Shown here in pieces: positions 24,455 through 37,999 of a stretch of DNA of 64,000 nucleotides. Position 1 is the stretch's first letter, and every line of letters begins with the position of its first letter. Below the pieces are notes generated by a model. The model saw nothing but the letters and a program-made list of their open reading frames with translations, was not told the origin of the DNA and did not search any database. The translations under genes and the position numbers were made by a program. The DNA comes from Strigamia acuminata (Eukaryota): contig OX442314.1 of assembly GCA_949358305.1 (NCBI GenBank), positions 19,158,001-19,222,000 on the forward strand. Direction: 5' to 3'.

Positions 24455-26445
24455 TGTGACGGTGACGACCACAACTCCTATCGCATGATAGTACCGGGTA
24501 TAAGTCGCGCAAATAGTGAATAAAATACGAGATAATAAAGACAACAGAGTTTCTCAAAACGTGACATTTATTGGTTTTATCCAATACAATCAATTACTAA
24601 AGTTATACAAATTCTAATGCCGACATTTGGCAAGTTAATTTACAAGTTAAACTATACAAATAAATCGGCCAAATGGCCCTAAAATAATAACATTACGGTT
24701 ATTGGTGATCCGGGGTTCGGGAACGGCAAAACGCCCGCTCGACCGAGTTAAAGATGTCATCTACGCGTAGCCGGGCTGGCTGTGTCCTCGCGGCTTCCGT
24801 CGGCGCTCCGTAATCGTGAAACTGGTTCCTTCGCGTTCCTTCGCGTTCCAGGTTCGTATATCGTGTAATGGTCCGTGTAATGCTTCTTGGTTCGATCCGA
24901 GAGGTGCGGTTGACTTTTAACTGCACCGCCACAACTAGGGTTGGAAATTGGTAATGAATAAATGAAGTCATTTATTCTTCAAGGTTCCACTTCTGAATTA
25001 TAATTAATTCGGGATGTTGTGAGTTTAATAAATTGGCAGTGGCTACGTTCATGTCCGACATGAACGTATTATTTTCATGACGCGCTGTGATTGGCTGAGA
25101 TCTATTCATGTCGGTTCGTTTCCTCAACGTAATTTTTCTCAAATTCAATGTTTTCGAGGTTTTAGCTTCTTTTTTTCTTACAAGGGGGGTCGTAGCCCCC
25201 CCTTGACCCCCCCAGACCTAACCTTATCCGTTTTTAGCAAAGTTGACAAAATGAGGATTTTTATCAATGTATTTCAATGCATCTCTCAACCAATCACAGC
25301 GCGTCATGAAAATAATACGTTCACGTCGGACATGAACGTAGCCACTTCGTAATAAATTAACTCAATAAATTGTATTCAATTTATTGTTACGAATTTGATT
25401 CGTCATATGGTGAAACAAGTCTCGTGACTTGCTTCGATTGTTAACTTGTTGCCAAGTTTAAACAATTAATGTTTATTATCAACTACAAAATAAATTAGGG
25501 TTAAAACATCGCAACACACAATTGCCGTCAAAGTTCGCCTTGCTGAGCAGAACAGTATCGCGCGTGCCCTAAATAACAGTGCGGTGAGAGACGGCACTGG
25601 TATTCAGGGGGATATAGCCCGCAGTTCTGCACAACAGAATTAATCACCCGAGATACTACTCATAAGTAGACTGCTTTGGCACCATCACCGAAGAGATATA
25701 ACATTCCCAAACACATAGTGCTACTGGCGGTAACTGCATGTTTTGCATGCAGACTGCTTTGGCACCATCAGGTGATGGAGACAATCTCTTGCAGTAACAG
25801 TGCTACTGACGGTTACTAAATACTTTGGTATCACACGTGATTCTATTGTCCGACCACGAGGATACTTATGCGGGAGGCTTTCTCCTCGGCAAGACCGTTT
25901 GACGGAAACATGAATAGTCCGAACTTCGCCTTCAGTTGACGGGGGTTGCATGGCTCAGCAGAGCCATGCTATGCATGGTCCGGTAGGACCATGCCCTGAG
26001 TAAGAAACAGTTATTTGACATGCGGAACATACCAAATAACCAGAAATCAAGAACTAACTTAACTTCCTGTTGTCAGGGAGTTTTATACTCGGTGGGATTA
26101 GGTTCCACCAATCTCGTATCGCAGGAAGTGGATACGGAGATGCAAATTGGGATTATGCTAATCTTTTAGCATAAACCGGAACTGGATACCGGGGACAGGA
26201 AATGGATACACAGAACGGAAATACATTCTGAAAATGGGTTTCGTGTCGCGTACCCGTGATAAAGCAAGAATACCTGCTTTATCTTATTGAATATTGATAA
26301 TATAACTTTATATTATCGATTTAGATTACATTTATTCGTAACAAACATAATAATATGTTTGTGAACTATTTCTGCGGAGAATAGGAAGTTCGAGGTTGAA
26401 TTTGCCGCTAGTACTAGTGGCGCCATCTATTGCTAATTTGTCACA
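24455..26445 (-). repeat. E2 3' LTR (~1667 bp native plus a MITE insertion)
   Basis: Matches the split 5' LTR apart from the MITE, 10- and 11-bp indels and a few SNPs; PPT AAGGGGGATG adjacent at 26446-26455. Confidence 0.95.
25035..25349. mobile_element. Mutator-like MITE inside the E2 3' LTR
   Basis: ~65-bp TIRs (..AGTGGCTACGTTCATGTCCGAC..); 9-bp TSD TAATAAATT; absent from the other LTR. Confidence 0.92.
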
Positions 26446-26808
26446 CATCCCCCTTAATAACTAAACATATACTCTTATATTTTATGTTATTCTTTAGGAA
26501 TATCATTTGTGTCAAATTCATCCATATTAATAAATATTTTATTTCCTAATATTTATAAGGTCCATGAGTGTTTTAATAAACATGTTCTTATCTTTTAGGA
26601 TGCTCAAAAATTGTTTTTATTTTTTCCTTACAGAGACGGTTATAAAAAATAATTTGGTTATTAAAAAAATAAACATGAAAGTCATTCTCTTATATCGAAG
26701 AAGCACTTCTTACAAAAATCTTAGTTAAAGAAATTTTCGGTTACATATTATATTCTTTTATCACAGAACACACAAACAAACTGCTAATTTTCTAAATTTG
26801 AACACAGC

Positions 26809-28419
26809 TTAATCTTGACCTTTTTCGGTCTCCGTGGCGGGCTTTTGCCTATCCTTCGAAGAGGAACTTTTGCCACGTTTTTTGACGGGAAGAGGTTCTT
26901 CCGGTTGCCTGTCTATGAAGAAAGTAGTGGTCGCAACAACTTCCGTGGCGATGGGGGACTTGGATGCCTTATCATTCGATTCAGGCTGATCAGTCGATCC
27001 GTCTTCTTCATCGATCATCTTTTTGAGATCTTCATAGATGTCAATTACCGGGGGCAAAACCAGGATCCAGCCTTCGCATATTTGATTTTTCATCTCATCT
27101 GCGATTTTTCCCACAAGCAGATTCCAAAGGTGCTCCAAAATGTTGAAGCCCTCAACGCGACGTGGATTCAAGATCATTTGCATGATCCTGGTCACATATC
27201 CTACTGTGATTTGATCTGGTAGACCCGTAATCAATTGACGAGAGATTATAATTGCAAGTCGAGCTACGATGGGGTAGTAGTACTCGACCTCCCAAACGAA
27301 TAACTGTCCTATCTTGGTGTTCGGAGGAACTTGGTAAGGTTCAATTAAGAATTCGTTTGAAATTCCGTGTTCCACAACGTTTGGCATGGGGACTAATGCG
27401 GCTTCTTCCGTTTGGGTCGCATTATCTACGCAGACAATACTTGGCATTTTTTCCAAACCCATTTGTAGGCCAAGGGGCGTTCTTCGCGAATTCATAAATT
27501 CAGGATCCTCGTACACAGCTTTGTCATCGTTGGATAATAAAGCTTTACAAAGGTGGCAGGTTGCCCATTTTCGGGGTTCTGGATCGAACAACCCTTTAAT
27601 CACGAACGAAACAAACTTTGGGTTCCAGGGTTGGATTTTTAATCGTCGTTTCGTTCCGAGGCAATTCCCGCACGATGCCAAATGGCATCCGGTCCCGGAG
27701 CCGGACATCCAGCCGACCTCGAAACAGAAAGGGCACGGTATTTCGCCCTTCGCGAGCTCCAAATTGTCGTGTGGAATTCCCAATTCCAAGTCGCGATTGC
27801 AGGCGGCTTTTCGACGCAGTGCCTTTTCTTGCTTACTCGCTGCTCTTTGTTGAGCGGTCATCGGTTGTAGTTTGGGTGCTCTAGTGGACACAAACGTACG
27901 GTTTCCTCTAGCAGTATTATTTCTAGGGGTATATACTACTTCGCGTGAAGTCGTGGGTGGCGGCGAGTCGTAATGAACGTACTCTCGCTGTTTGCGTTTG
28001 TTGTCTTGGTGGCGATTTCCCTCGGGATTTCAATTCGCCTCTAATTTGACAATCTCGTCCAGACTTCTCTCATGAGAGGTCGATGAATCTTCCATTCGAC
28101 TCGTACCCGGTTTATGGATCGACTGTAAAGGATGGCTTTTGGAAAAACTGTCCTTTTTTGGTATAATAAAGGTTTCCTGGGTAACTTCCATCGCCGTTTT
28201 GGGTACAGTCGTTTTTGGGCGAATTTCCTTTGGGAGGGCATCTGGGTTGTTTCGGGCCCAGGTTAATATGTCCCATCCTTTTTGGTCGAGCACAATAGGA
28301 GTGTTTGGCGCTCCCGGGATCGTTACGATGGTCGGGTTGACCGTGGGCGTAATTTCTTCCTCTGAAGAGCTCGACTGAATCACAATTCGCCGCTTTTTAA
28401 TCGGTATCTTCTTGACCAT
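26809..28419 (-). CDS. E2 ORF3, ~536-codon accessory protein of unknown function (basic N-terminus, Cys/His cluster); one in-frame TGA
   Basis: ORFs 28030-28419 and 26809-27891 are in one frame; only the TGA at 28030-28032 separates them. Splice acceptor TTTTCTATATTTGTAG lies 4 nt before the ATG. Motif CPFC-x12-CH-x3-CGNC...CHLC. Confidence 0.75.
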
Positions 28420-29011
28420 AATTCTACAAATATAGAAAACGTCTTAGTTTTATTTGCAATACTTTTGTATGCGCGCGCCCTCTATTGAGAAAACGCGTAA
28501 CTGAATTTACGAATTTTATAATTATAATTCGTTATAACTTTATGCTTTCGTGTATTGATAATTTTATCGAACTTACGAAAATGTCCTGCTTCCTTTAGAA
28601 GCGTAGCTTGTAGAATTATAAGTGTAGTCGCCTCGACGACAACTTGGAGTTTAGAGCACGTGGCTTTCAAATCCTCCGCCGCTAATAAACGAATTCCGCT
28701 GGTCCGTATTTCTTCGAACATTCAAAGAAATTTCATGATATATATATATAACTTTATATGCATAATCATAATACCTGTATTTGCTGATTAATAGCTAACA
28801 ATGTCAACGCGTTTGACCGTGATTTTTGTTGAATTCGACGAAGTTCTTCTTCTCTCACGTGTGTGTTAGAAGACTGAATATAGAACGAATCTTTTACTCT
28901 CCACCCGGGGTCGTACTTTATCAGGTGACTTCGCGAATTTCGATTTGAATATTCAGTATCTGAATTAAAATCAATATCTTTTTAGAATATTCTTTTTATA
29001 TTTAGAGTCGT

Positions 29012-32000
29012 TTAACGACGTTCTTGAATCATCTGCACAAAATCCGTAGTATATTTTGGATTTGGTTTCGAAGTTCTTTTCGGTCTCGAGATTATCTCCG
29101 GAAGGTCAGCTGTTCGCTTCCGTTTATTTGAGTTATTACTTCGTGGGTCGATAATCTCGTCTCCATTTTCATTTGAGGTAGGAATTATTCTTTCTTCTTG
29201 TTCAAGACTTTCTTGAGGAAGTTCTTCCATATCTTTTTCAAGATTTTCACGAGGGGTTTCTTCCATATCTTGATTATCTAATTCTTGTGAATTAGATTCG
29301 TTAAATTCGGAATTTGATGACATCCAATCAGGATTTGGATGATCTTCCAGCTTTCCTTTTTTCTGACCCAGAGTCCATGTCTCAATTGGGTACGAAGGGA
29401 TATACGGGGTGAGGTTGTCCGTATTTATTGATGGTTCGATTGAATCATCTAATAATTTTCGTAAGGTGTACGCACCTCCTGTTAATACGGCCGTGATTTC
29501 CCACGGTCCGTCTCGTTTTTCCGCAAATCCTTTAGTAATACCTTTGTCTTGATTGGAAAGAATATGCATATTCTTCCAGACTAAATCACCTACTTCATAT
29601 TTGCAAATATGAAATTTATTGCGATGAATTCTGTCGTGTTTCTCGTAATTTAGTTGGATTCTACGGTGCATTTCTTGGTGTGCTCTCCGTAAAATTCCGA
29701 GTAAATTAAACACGAATTCCTCAGGGTTATTTTTATCGAATTTATTCGCATGTTGAATAATTCGCGGGTCGAAAGGTAGTGTTACAATTCTTCCCGTATT
29801 CAATAAAAATGGCGTCGATCCGGTTGCTTCGGATTTTGCCGTTCTGGATGCAAATGCAAATTCATTCAGAAATCGTGGCCAGTGAGAGGGCACGTCAGAA
29901 TAAATCGCAAGCATTATTTTGATATCTCTGTTTGCCCGTTCTGTGGGGTTGGCCTGAGCATGGTAAGGACTTATATGAGCCATTTTAATGTTATGTCTTT
30001 TACAGAAACCCTCGTAGATGGTGGATACGAACTGTTTTCCATTATCACTGATAATTTTCTTGGGGTATCCCCATCTATGTACGATATCACCCAACTTTGT
30101 TATAATTGCTTCACTTGAAGCTTTGCTTAATGGAGCTAATTCTACCCATTTGGTACATTGATCAATTCCTACTAAAATATATTTATGTTGGTATTGACCA
30201 GCAGGTTTGGGACCCATAAAGTCTAAACAAAGAACTTCCCATGGCTGTGCCATATTGTGAGGAGTATAACTCGCTCTGTGTTTGCGGTGTTGACTAGGTT
30301 TGTATTGTTGGCAATGAACACAACTACGAACATAATTACACGTGTCTTTGCTCATTTTAGGCCAATAATAGATGAGTTTCGCTCGTTCGAGCGTTTTACT
30401 CATCCCCGCGTGTCCACTTAACGGATGTCCGTGGCATGCGAACAACACTCGTCGTACTAAAGAAGGTGGAATCACCGCTTTAAATCCGTTGCCGGAATCA
30501 TTTAATTCTTCTTCAAATGTTGGTTTGAAGAAGATTAACATTTCAGAATCATTACTATTCTCATCTTCATTATCATGATTTTCTTTGAAATCTAGTTGGT
30601 AGCCTTTGATGTCTTTCATCCATCGCTTTGTTTTCTTATTTTTTCTTTGCTCAACTTCATCTAATTTTAGATGAGTTATTATTTTTCTACATTCATAATC
30701 TTTGAGCTGAGCTTCGATGATTTCTGCTCTGGTAGGAGGAACTATACTTAGTACTTCGGTTAAAGCACTAAATAAAGTTTCTGGTTCTACATGACCTTTC
30801 TCCCCCTTTTCCAAAGAATTATTTAATTTTTTGGAATAATCAAACTTTACTGACACGTTTGTTAAGAACTGACAGGGTTTTGGTTCTTCTCTACGGGTAA
30901 CTTCTTTATTTCCGTCCCATTCGGGCCAGAATTGAGTTATTTCCGTGGGTTCGATATAATCATCCTTCGGAATGTCTTCAATACTCAAAGGAGCTCTTGA
31001 AAATGCGTCTGCGACTTGATTTTGAGTACCACGACGATACTTAATTTTAAAGGCGCCGCATTGCAGTTTAATTGCCCATCGGCCAAAACGACCAGAAGGT
31101 TCTGGCGTTCCCATTAGCCATTTTAATGCTTCTGCATCTGACTCCAAGGTGAATGACGTGTATTCTATGTAGGGTCGGAAACGTTCTACAGCCCATACTA
31201 CAGCTAGACACTCTAGTTCGGGAGTAGTGTAACGTTGCTCGGCTCCTCGAAGTACGCGACTAGCGTAAGCTACGGGTCTTGGAGTTTTAATCTATTTGTC
31301 CTTGTATTTGTCAAGAAAATCCACATCTTGGCATAACACCGCTCCTAATCCTGAATGTGAAGCGTCTGTTAGAATCACAAAGGGTTCGAGCATGTTAGGC
31401 ATTAACAAAACTTGAGTTTCGTCGCATAAGATGTCTTTAATTCTTTCGAAAGCGTCTATTTGCTCTTGTCCCCAGACAAAGGTTGCTTTCTCATGCATTA
31501 TGCTAGTCAGTGGAGTAGCAATTTCACCGTGGTTAGGAATAAACTTCCTAAAGAAATTTGCCAACCCGTGAAACCTTTGAACATCTTTCGATGTTTTTGG
31601 GGTTGGAAATTTTCTTACTGACGCGATTTTGTCAGGATCCGGGGCCAATCCATTCGGGGTGATTAAGTGTCCCAGAAATTTTAGCGTAGTTCTGCCGAAC
31701 TTAGACTTTTCTTTATTTACGGACAAGTTTGCTTTGTCTAGTCGTTCTAAGACATCTTTAATGTGACCAAGATGTTGGTCCCAGGTCTGAGAAAAGATAA
31801 TTACATCGTCTAAATAGACTAATGCGTGTTTATATAACGCTTCACCCATGACTTGTTCCATTAGGGCTTGAAAGGTACAAGGCGCGTTACATAACCCAAA
31901 TGGCATACGTACAAATTGATAGTTGCCTTTCGGAGTATAGAAAGCAGTTTTCTGCTTATCTTCGTCTTCCATCTCTACTTGATAATATCCTTTTGTAAGG

Positions 32001-33379
32001 TCAAGTGAGGTGAAGTATTTTGCCTGATTAGTATTGTGCATGAGCAAATCAATACTGGGCATTTGGATTGCATTGATTTCGGTGATCGCATTTAGCCATC
32101 GGTAATCAATACATAACCTATATGTGCCATTTGGTTTGGCAACTATTACGGGATAACTTATGTAAGGTCCCGTAGATTTCTCAATGAGATTCTCTGCTTC
32201 TAGCTCTTCAACTTGTTTAGTCATAATCGCAATTTTAGCTGGATTGTACATGCGAAACGGTTGTTTTTTCCATTTCGCGTCCTTTTTAAACGTAATTTTA
32301 TGCTTAGCAAGGTTCGTACAACCAACTTTGTCCCGAAAGACGTGCTTGATTCCGGAAATTACTTCTAGTAATTTGGTCTTTTCCTCGTCGGAGCAATCAC
32401 AATCTTTCACCAACAATTCTTCCCAATTGTCGGGTGTATGAGTGACTGTTCCGTCGTCTTTTAGTGTGCGTAACCTCGCTAGACTGTCATTAAATTCGTT
32501 ATCTACGTAAGGCGCAGTCCAACCAGGTTTGTTGTCACAATCAAATACAGCTCGTGCTGGATTTAAATTAATTGTTGTACGACGCATAAAATTGTGTCCT
32601 AAAATTAGGCCACACACATTTCGGTCTAAAATGATGAAATTCATTGGAGTGAATTCTACTCCATCTGCCCATTGAACACAAAGGGTTATTTGTCCTAGCG
32701 GGATATGAGTTATACCGACGGCACAAACTTTCATATTTCGTGGACAATCTTGAATGAAGTCAGGGGAGGCACAAGTACTATCAAGTAATTGTAATCCAAT
32801 AAAACATTGGGTGGCTCCTGAATCCATTAAAGCATTGTAGGTGAGTCCACCTATTGTTATTCTCATTCGGGGGTCGTCGATACTGTTTCCCAAACGTTTG
32901 ATGTGTTCAACTACTTCAGCTCTCTTGAGCTGATGTTCTTTGACATATTTACGAAGTCTATGATGTCTAGATAATTTTGAGGAGATATCTAAATTTTCCA
33001 TCATTGCCTCCAAACTTTCGCATACTCCTCCACTAGAACTAGTGGTTTCCTCTCGAACAGGAGGATTTATAGCGTTTTCGATTATTGCATTCAAGGACTC
33101 TCGCCAAGATTCGTCCCCCTTATCCGCAGGAAAGAGGTCGTCATCGAATGATGTAAATGGATTTTCGGTCTCTTCCATCGAAAAAGGAGTGTTGGGATAA
33201 GGTTCCTTAAATACATACTTTGGATTCCTTTTCTTAGTTTTACGATTAGGTCGTTTAATTTCCTCATCTTGAATTACTAATTTATTCAGAGTTTCGTTTA
33301 GAACATTTTCTATTTCTGAGGACAATGTACTACTCTGGTTTTTTAGGGGGTTTTCGGTAACCCCCTCTATTAGTTTTTT
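29012..33379 (-). pseudogene. pol: E2 pol (PR-RT-RNaseH-IN) with one in-frame TAG in RNase H
   Basis: LMDSGA, YLDD, TDAS, HHCC/DDE and GPW motifs; TAG at 31292-31294 (DK*IKTPRPVAYAS) with the frame continuing. Confidence 0.93.
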
Positions 33380-35481
33380 GGGGCCGGTGGACCTTCAATC
33401 GCCAAAGGCGGAGTGGTTGCATTTTTTGGATCCAAAAATTTAGTGAATAAATCCGACATGGATTTTGTCATACTAGTTTGCATAGTAGTTTTGAAATCTT
33501 CAAGTTTTTGGTCCAAAGATTCAGCTGTTACCCAATTTTGTCTCTGCCGTTTAAAAAGATCAGAGGCGGGATTGGTATTGGTATTATTACCAGTACCTTG
33601 AGGCTTGTCCTGAACAAATTTTCTTTTTTGTAACAAAGGACATTCCCTCTTAAAGTGTCCTGGTTGATTGCAATGGAAACATTTTCCAGTTGCTTTCTCC
33701 GATATGGCACATACCATGTTGTTGAATCCAACATCGTTTTCAATATTGTTTGTCTCGTCAGATTCCATAGGTTCAGCTTCTGGTTCGGCGTTCAACGTCT
33801 GAGTGGATCGTATGAGTGGGCGCGAACTCCTGGCGTCTTTACCTTTTTGAGTATTTGACGGGACAGTTTCGTCCTCTTTATTGACAATAGTGTCCACACT
33901 AGCGTTTTGGGCTTCGAAAAGAGCCCTATTCTGTCGGACAAATTGAAATATGTCATTGAATGATTCTTCATAGAGACCTCTATCGATTATTCGATTGTAA
34001 CTAACTAAGTTCAAATTCTCGAGAAGAGTGGGAGCTTCATCTCTTTTTGAATAAGATCCTTGAGCTTGTTTAAATCTCAAAAGAAATGTATAAAGTGGCT
34101 CTTCTGGGCCCTGGATTAGATTTCGAAGCTTTCGGGCTCGAGTGACAGGGATCATGTCAAACTCCGCTAAAAACAACTTTTCGAAAGTTTTCCAGTCAAC
34201 AATTTTGTCGATGTTATCTGTATGCCATTCTTGGGCTATACCGGATAAATAAGTTGGTATTCCGCGTTTTACCATCTCATCCAGAGTTAAACCTTTAGCG
34301 ACAGCGACTGTTTTGGCTGTGGCTAAAAATTTAGCCACTTCGTTCTGTTTCCCATCGAAAACAGGCATATCTTGACCTTTGAAAAAGGTTTTGTTCGAAT
34401 TGTTTGCATTATTATTTTGCTGTGCATTATTCTGCATAAATTGTTGTACTTGATGTGCACAATCAGTTTGAATATTTCGCACATAGGTAAGGATGGTTCC
34501 CAAGTCGTCGGTAGAAAATCTCGCTTGAGATGAACTACCAGCGGAGGATGCCGAACCAGAATTTTGTTCAAAATTGGGCAGATTTCCCCTAGGGACCTGA
34601 TTGTCCTGGGGGATTTCTTTCCTTGGAGGAACATAATTCTCATATTGTGTATGATTGCCAGATGATACATGTTGTCCATGTGGAACACTGCTTTTATTTT
34701 GTACACGTTCTGGGGGTGTCTGATTTGAACGAGTCTTTCCCGCCGGTAAATTTTGAATAACGGGGGACGGTGAGATCGAATCGGATCTCCTTGGAGTTCG
34801 ATTTGACACTCTTTTTGACTGTGTTGGGGGGACAAACTGTCCTTTCCCCGGTGTCGGAGGGACATAATGTCTATTTCCAGGTGTCGGAGTAACATACTGT
34901 CTATGTCCCGAGTTTTGGGAGACATTTTGTCTATTCCCTGAAGTTTGGGGAATAAAACCCGAATTATTATTGTTAATCGTTCGATTAACACTATTCGATC
35001 TAGACCTTGGTTTGGCTAGATTTAAAGGACTATTAGAACTGGGTGTTCTTTGTCCAGAACTTTGTTGACTACGGGATCGGCTAAACGATGGTTCGCGTAC
35101 CATTCTATCGTTTAGCTGTGGAGTCGACACTATCCGGGCTTGATATCCCAACCTCTTTTTAGGAGAGGGAAAGTCCAGCTTACGATTCGTGGGAATCGTT
35201 TTTCGTGGGGTTCGGTGAGAAGTCCGCGAATGCCGACTTTCATTTTCCGAACCTTCATCTTCATCAGGCCTAATTCTTTGATTTCTTTTCTCAAGTACGC
35301 GTACATGATTAACCGCTTCGGTTATTGTTTTGAAATCAGCCCGATTTAGATTATAGAGTTGACAATACTCTGTCAAATCGTCCGGAATTAAATCCGTTTG
35401 GTCTTCGAGTCGGACGTAACTATTTTCCAAGTTTTCCTCCTCGACTTCTCGTTCATTCATATGAATGTTTTCGTCAGACAT
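33370..35481 (-). CDS. gag: E2 Gag with CCHC knuckle
   Basis: MPVFDGKQNEVAKFL; CFHCNQPGHFKREC; homologous to E1 Gag. Confidence 0.92.
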   Translation of the reverse strand: MSDENIHMNEREVEEENLENSYVRLEDQTDLIPDDLTEYCQLYNLNRADFKTITEAVNHVRVLEKRNQRIRPDEDEGSENESRHSRTSHRTPRKTIPTNRKLDFPSPKKRLGYQARIVSTPQLNDRMVREPSFSRSRSQQSSGQRTPSSNSPLNLAKPRSRSNSVNRTINNNNSGFIPQTSGNRQNVSQNSGHRQYVTPTPGNRHYVPPTPGKGQFVPPTQSKRVSNRTPRRSDSISPSPVIQNLPAGKTRSNQTPPERVQNKSSVPHGQHVSSGNHTQYENYVPPRKEIPQDNQVPRGNLPNFEQNSGSASSAGSSSQARFSTDDLGTILTYVRNIQTDCAHQVQQFMQNNAQQNNNANNSNKTFFKGQDMPVFDGKQNEVAKFLATAKTVAVAKGLTLDEMVKRGIPTYLSGIAQEWHTDNIDKIVDWKTFEKLFLAEFDMIPVTRARKLRNLIQGPEEPLYTFLLRFKQAQGSYSKRDEAPTLLENLNLVSYNRIIDRGLYEESFNDIFQFVRQNRALFEAQNASVDTIVNKEDETVPSNTQKGKDARSSRPLIRSTQTLNAEPEAEPMESDETNNIENDVGFNNMVCAISEKATGKCFHCNQPGHFKRECPLLQKRKFVQDKPQGTGNNTNTNPASDLFKRQRQNWVTAESLDQKLEDFKTTMQTSMTKSMSDLFTKFLDPKNATTPPLAIEGPPAPKN

Positions 35482-36267
35482 AATAAAAGTTTTAAATTCT
35501 TTATTACTAAAGAACGATAACACACTTTATAAAAATACACTTCAAAATAACAATACACTTCGATAAGGTTAAGTTTAAACTCCACGGGGTGGTTAAACGT
35601 GTTAAACTATCGACAAACTTTAAGCAATCAAATGAATCCTACTACAAGTAAACTAGCGTCGGGTGAGAAATGCGCTTTAAACTATTTGTTAAAATAATAG
35701 ATGAAATACACTTAACTTTAGCTGGTTTACGGCGTGGAAAATTCGAATCGGGACTGAACGGGACGGCGTGGTCAAGATGGCTACTGGAACACGTGTCTGC
35801 AGGTCTGGTCTGGATACGAATGGTCGTCTGTAGTCTGGATCCGCGTGGCATCGAGGATCGATAATCCTTTAATCCCTCGACACTTTATTGGTGGAAAGTT
35901 ATTTTATCCAATGATAAAATGGAAACTAATCCTTTATTTTAGTAGTTTTCTACTACGTCCGCACTTTGGCCTGGTCAATCTCGTTATTGATTGGATATTT
36001 CTTTCGAAAATATACAACTAACATTAAAATTTTACCAAAACCTTTTTTCGTGAAAATTAAAATTAATTTTACTTCGATTTTAAGTGTTTTTTCAACACAA
36101 CGAAACTTTCCCTTTAATGTTAGAGTTCTCTCGAATCCCAACGTTCTTAAAGAGAATTTCCTACTTCGCAAAAGCAGAAACATATAAAAGTTTTGAAATG
36201 TTATAATCTTTATTTATCTCAATTTTCACTTTTATTTAAATTCTATAAATTTAAGACTGTGCAACCT

Positions 36268-36285
36268 ATCTCGGTGGGACCTCCA
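36268..36285 (-). promoter_or_regulatory. E2 primer-binding site, tRNA-Gln
   Basis: Same 18-mer as the E1 PBS, 2 nt from the LTR. Confidence 0.9.
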
Positions 36286-36287
36286 CG

Positions 36288-36981
36288 TGTGACGGTGACG
36301 ACCACAACTCCTATCGCATGATAGTACCGGGTATAAGTCGCGCAAATAGTGAATAAAATACGAGATAATAAAGACAACAGAGTTTCTCAAAACGTGACAT
36401 TTATTGGTTTTATCCAATACAATCAATTACTAAAGTTATACAAATTCTAATGCCGACATTTGGCAAGTTAATTTACAAGTTAAACTATACAAATAAATCG
36501 GCCAAATGGCCCTAAAATAATAACATTACGGTTATTGGTGATCCGGGGTTCGGGAACGGCAAAACGCCCGCTCGACCGAGTTAAAGATGTCATCTACGCG
36601 TAGCCGGGCTGGCTGTGTCCTCGCGGCTTCCGTCGGCGCTCCGTAATCGTGAAACTGGTTCCTTCGCGTTCCTTCGCGTTCCAGGTTCGTATATCGTGTA
36701 ATGGTCCGTGTAATGCTTCTTGGTTCGATCCGAGAGGTGCGGTTGACTTTTAACTGCACCGCCACAACTAGGGTTGGAAATTGGTAATGAATAAATGAAG
36801 TCATTTATTCTTCAAGGTTCCACTTCTGAATTATAATTAATTCGGGATGTTGTGAGTTTAATAAATTAACTCAATAAATTGTATTCAATTTATTGTTACG
36901 AATTTGATTCGTCATATGGTGAAACAAGTCTCGTGACTTGCTTCGATTGTTAACTTGTTGCCAAGTTTAAACAATTAATGT
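36288..36981 (-). repeat. E2 5' LTR, PBS-proximal part
   Basis: Matches the E2 3' LTR from 24455; interrupted by E3. Confidence 0.95.
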
Positions 36982-37997
36982 TGTTGTGACCCGACTGGAC
37001 CGGGGTCAACGAAGAGTTTCTCTCGTGACCTCGTTTCGGGTGTAAGGGGAGCCGCAAGCGCGTCTCCCTTCCCTCAGTGCATTGACATCTAGTCAATGGA
37101 CAGGCGTCTGCCCTGAGGGAGTGGGGATGGCTCGTCCACCCCACCATTGGGTGATTCCGGTCACCTGTCAACCCCGCTTTGTGCAAAGGAATGTGCCTTG
37201 CACTGAGCGGGCAGAACCAACACAACCATCAAACGAGAAACACACGTAAACCCGTCGTCCTACAAGATCAGGCCCAAGTAAATATACTGGGATTGACCAA
37301 GGACAAAGGACAATTTACCGTGAGTACGTTTGGTCAGTGTCAAACTCCGCAGAGTAACCTGCGAGATAAGATTACCACACTATTTTAGCACACCAGCTAG
37401 AAATAGTAAAAACCACTCCAGTTTAGCGAGTTGTGCAGACAAACGGTCGCACAAGCCTAAACTGCAGTAAAACCACGACGAGCGTTCCCGCCGCTGTGTG
37501 ACCGCCGGGAGCCAGAAGAGTCCGCCGCTGTGTGATCGCCGGACACCACACAAAAACCTAGACAACAGCCCGAAGTAAGCCTTTTAACTAAGCATTCACT
37601 CGCGCCCGACCAGCGTGAGCCCGAAGGACCAGCCAGAGACGAGCCGAGGACGCCATATTGCCACGCCGGCCCAAGACGACACCACGTTGCCACAACGAGG
37701 ACGCCATCTTGGACACGACCGAGACAACAGACGACCTCGCCGATTCCAGCCAGCTTTCATCATACCTTTACCTTTCCATTTCCCTTCACCCATTCCGATT
37801 TACCTTTTACCTACCTTTCATATATATATATAAGATATATCTGTACATTGTCCCACAGAATAAATCTATATTATATTTTACCTTTTATATCTGTGTAATC
37901 ATTTCTTTGGGTAAACCGCTTGAGACAAAGCGGTAGTGAGTTAGTCGAATTAAGTAATCAACCCACGAGTTAGCGACGGTTAGAGTAGAGCGCGACA
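36982..37997 (+). repeat. E3 5' LTR
   Basis: TG..CA; direct repeat of 49429-50444; AATAAA at ~37859. Confidence 0.97.
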
Positions 37998-37999
37998 CG

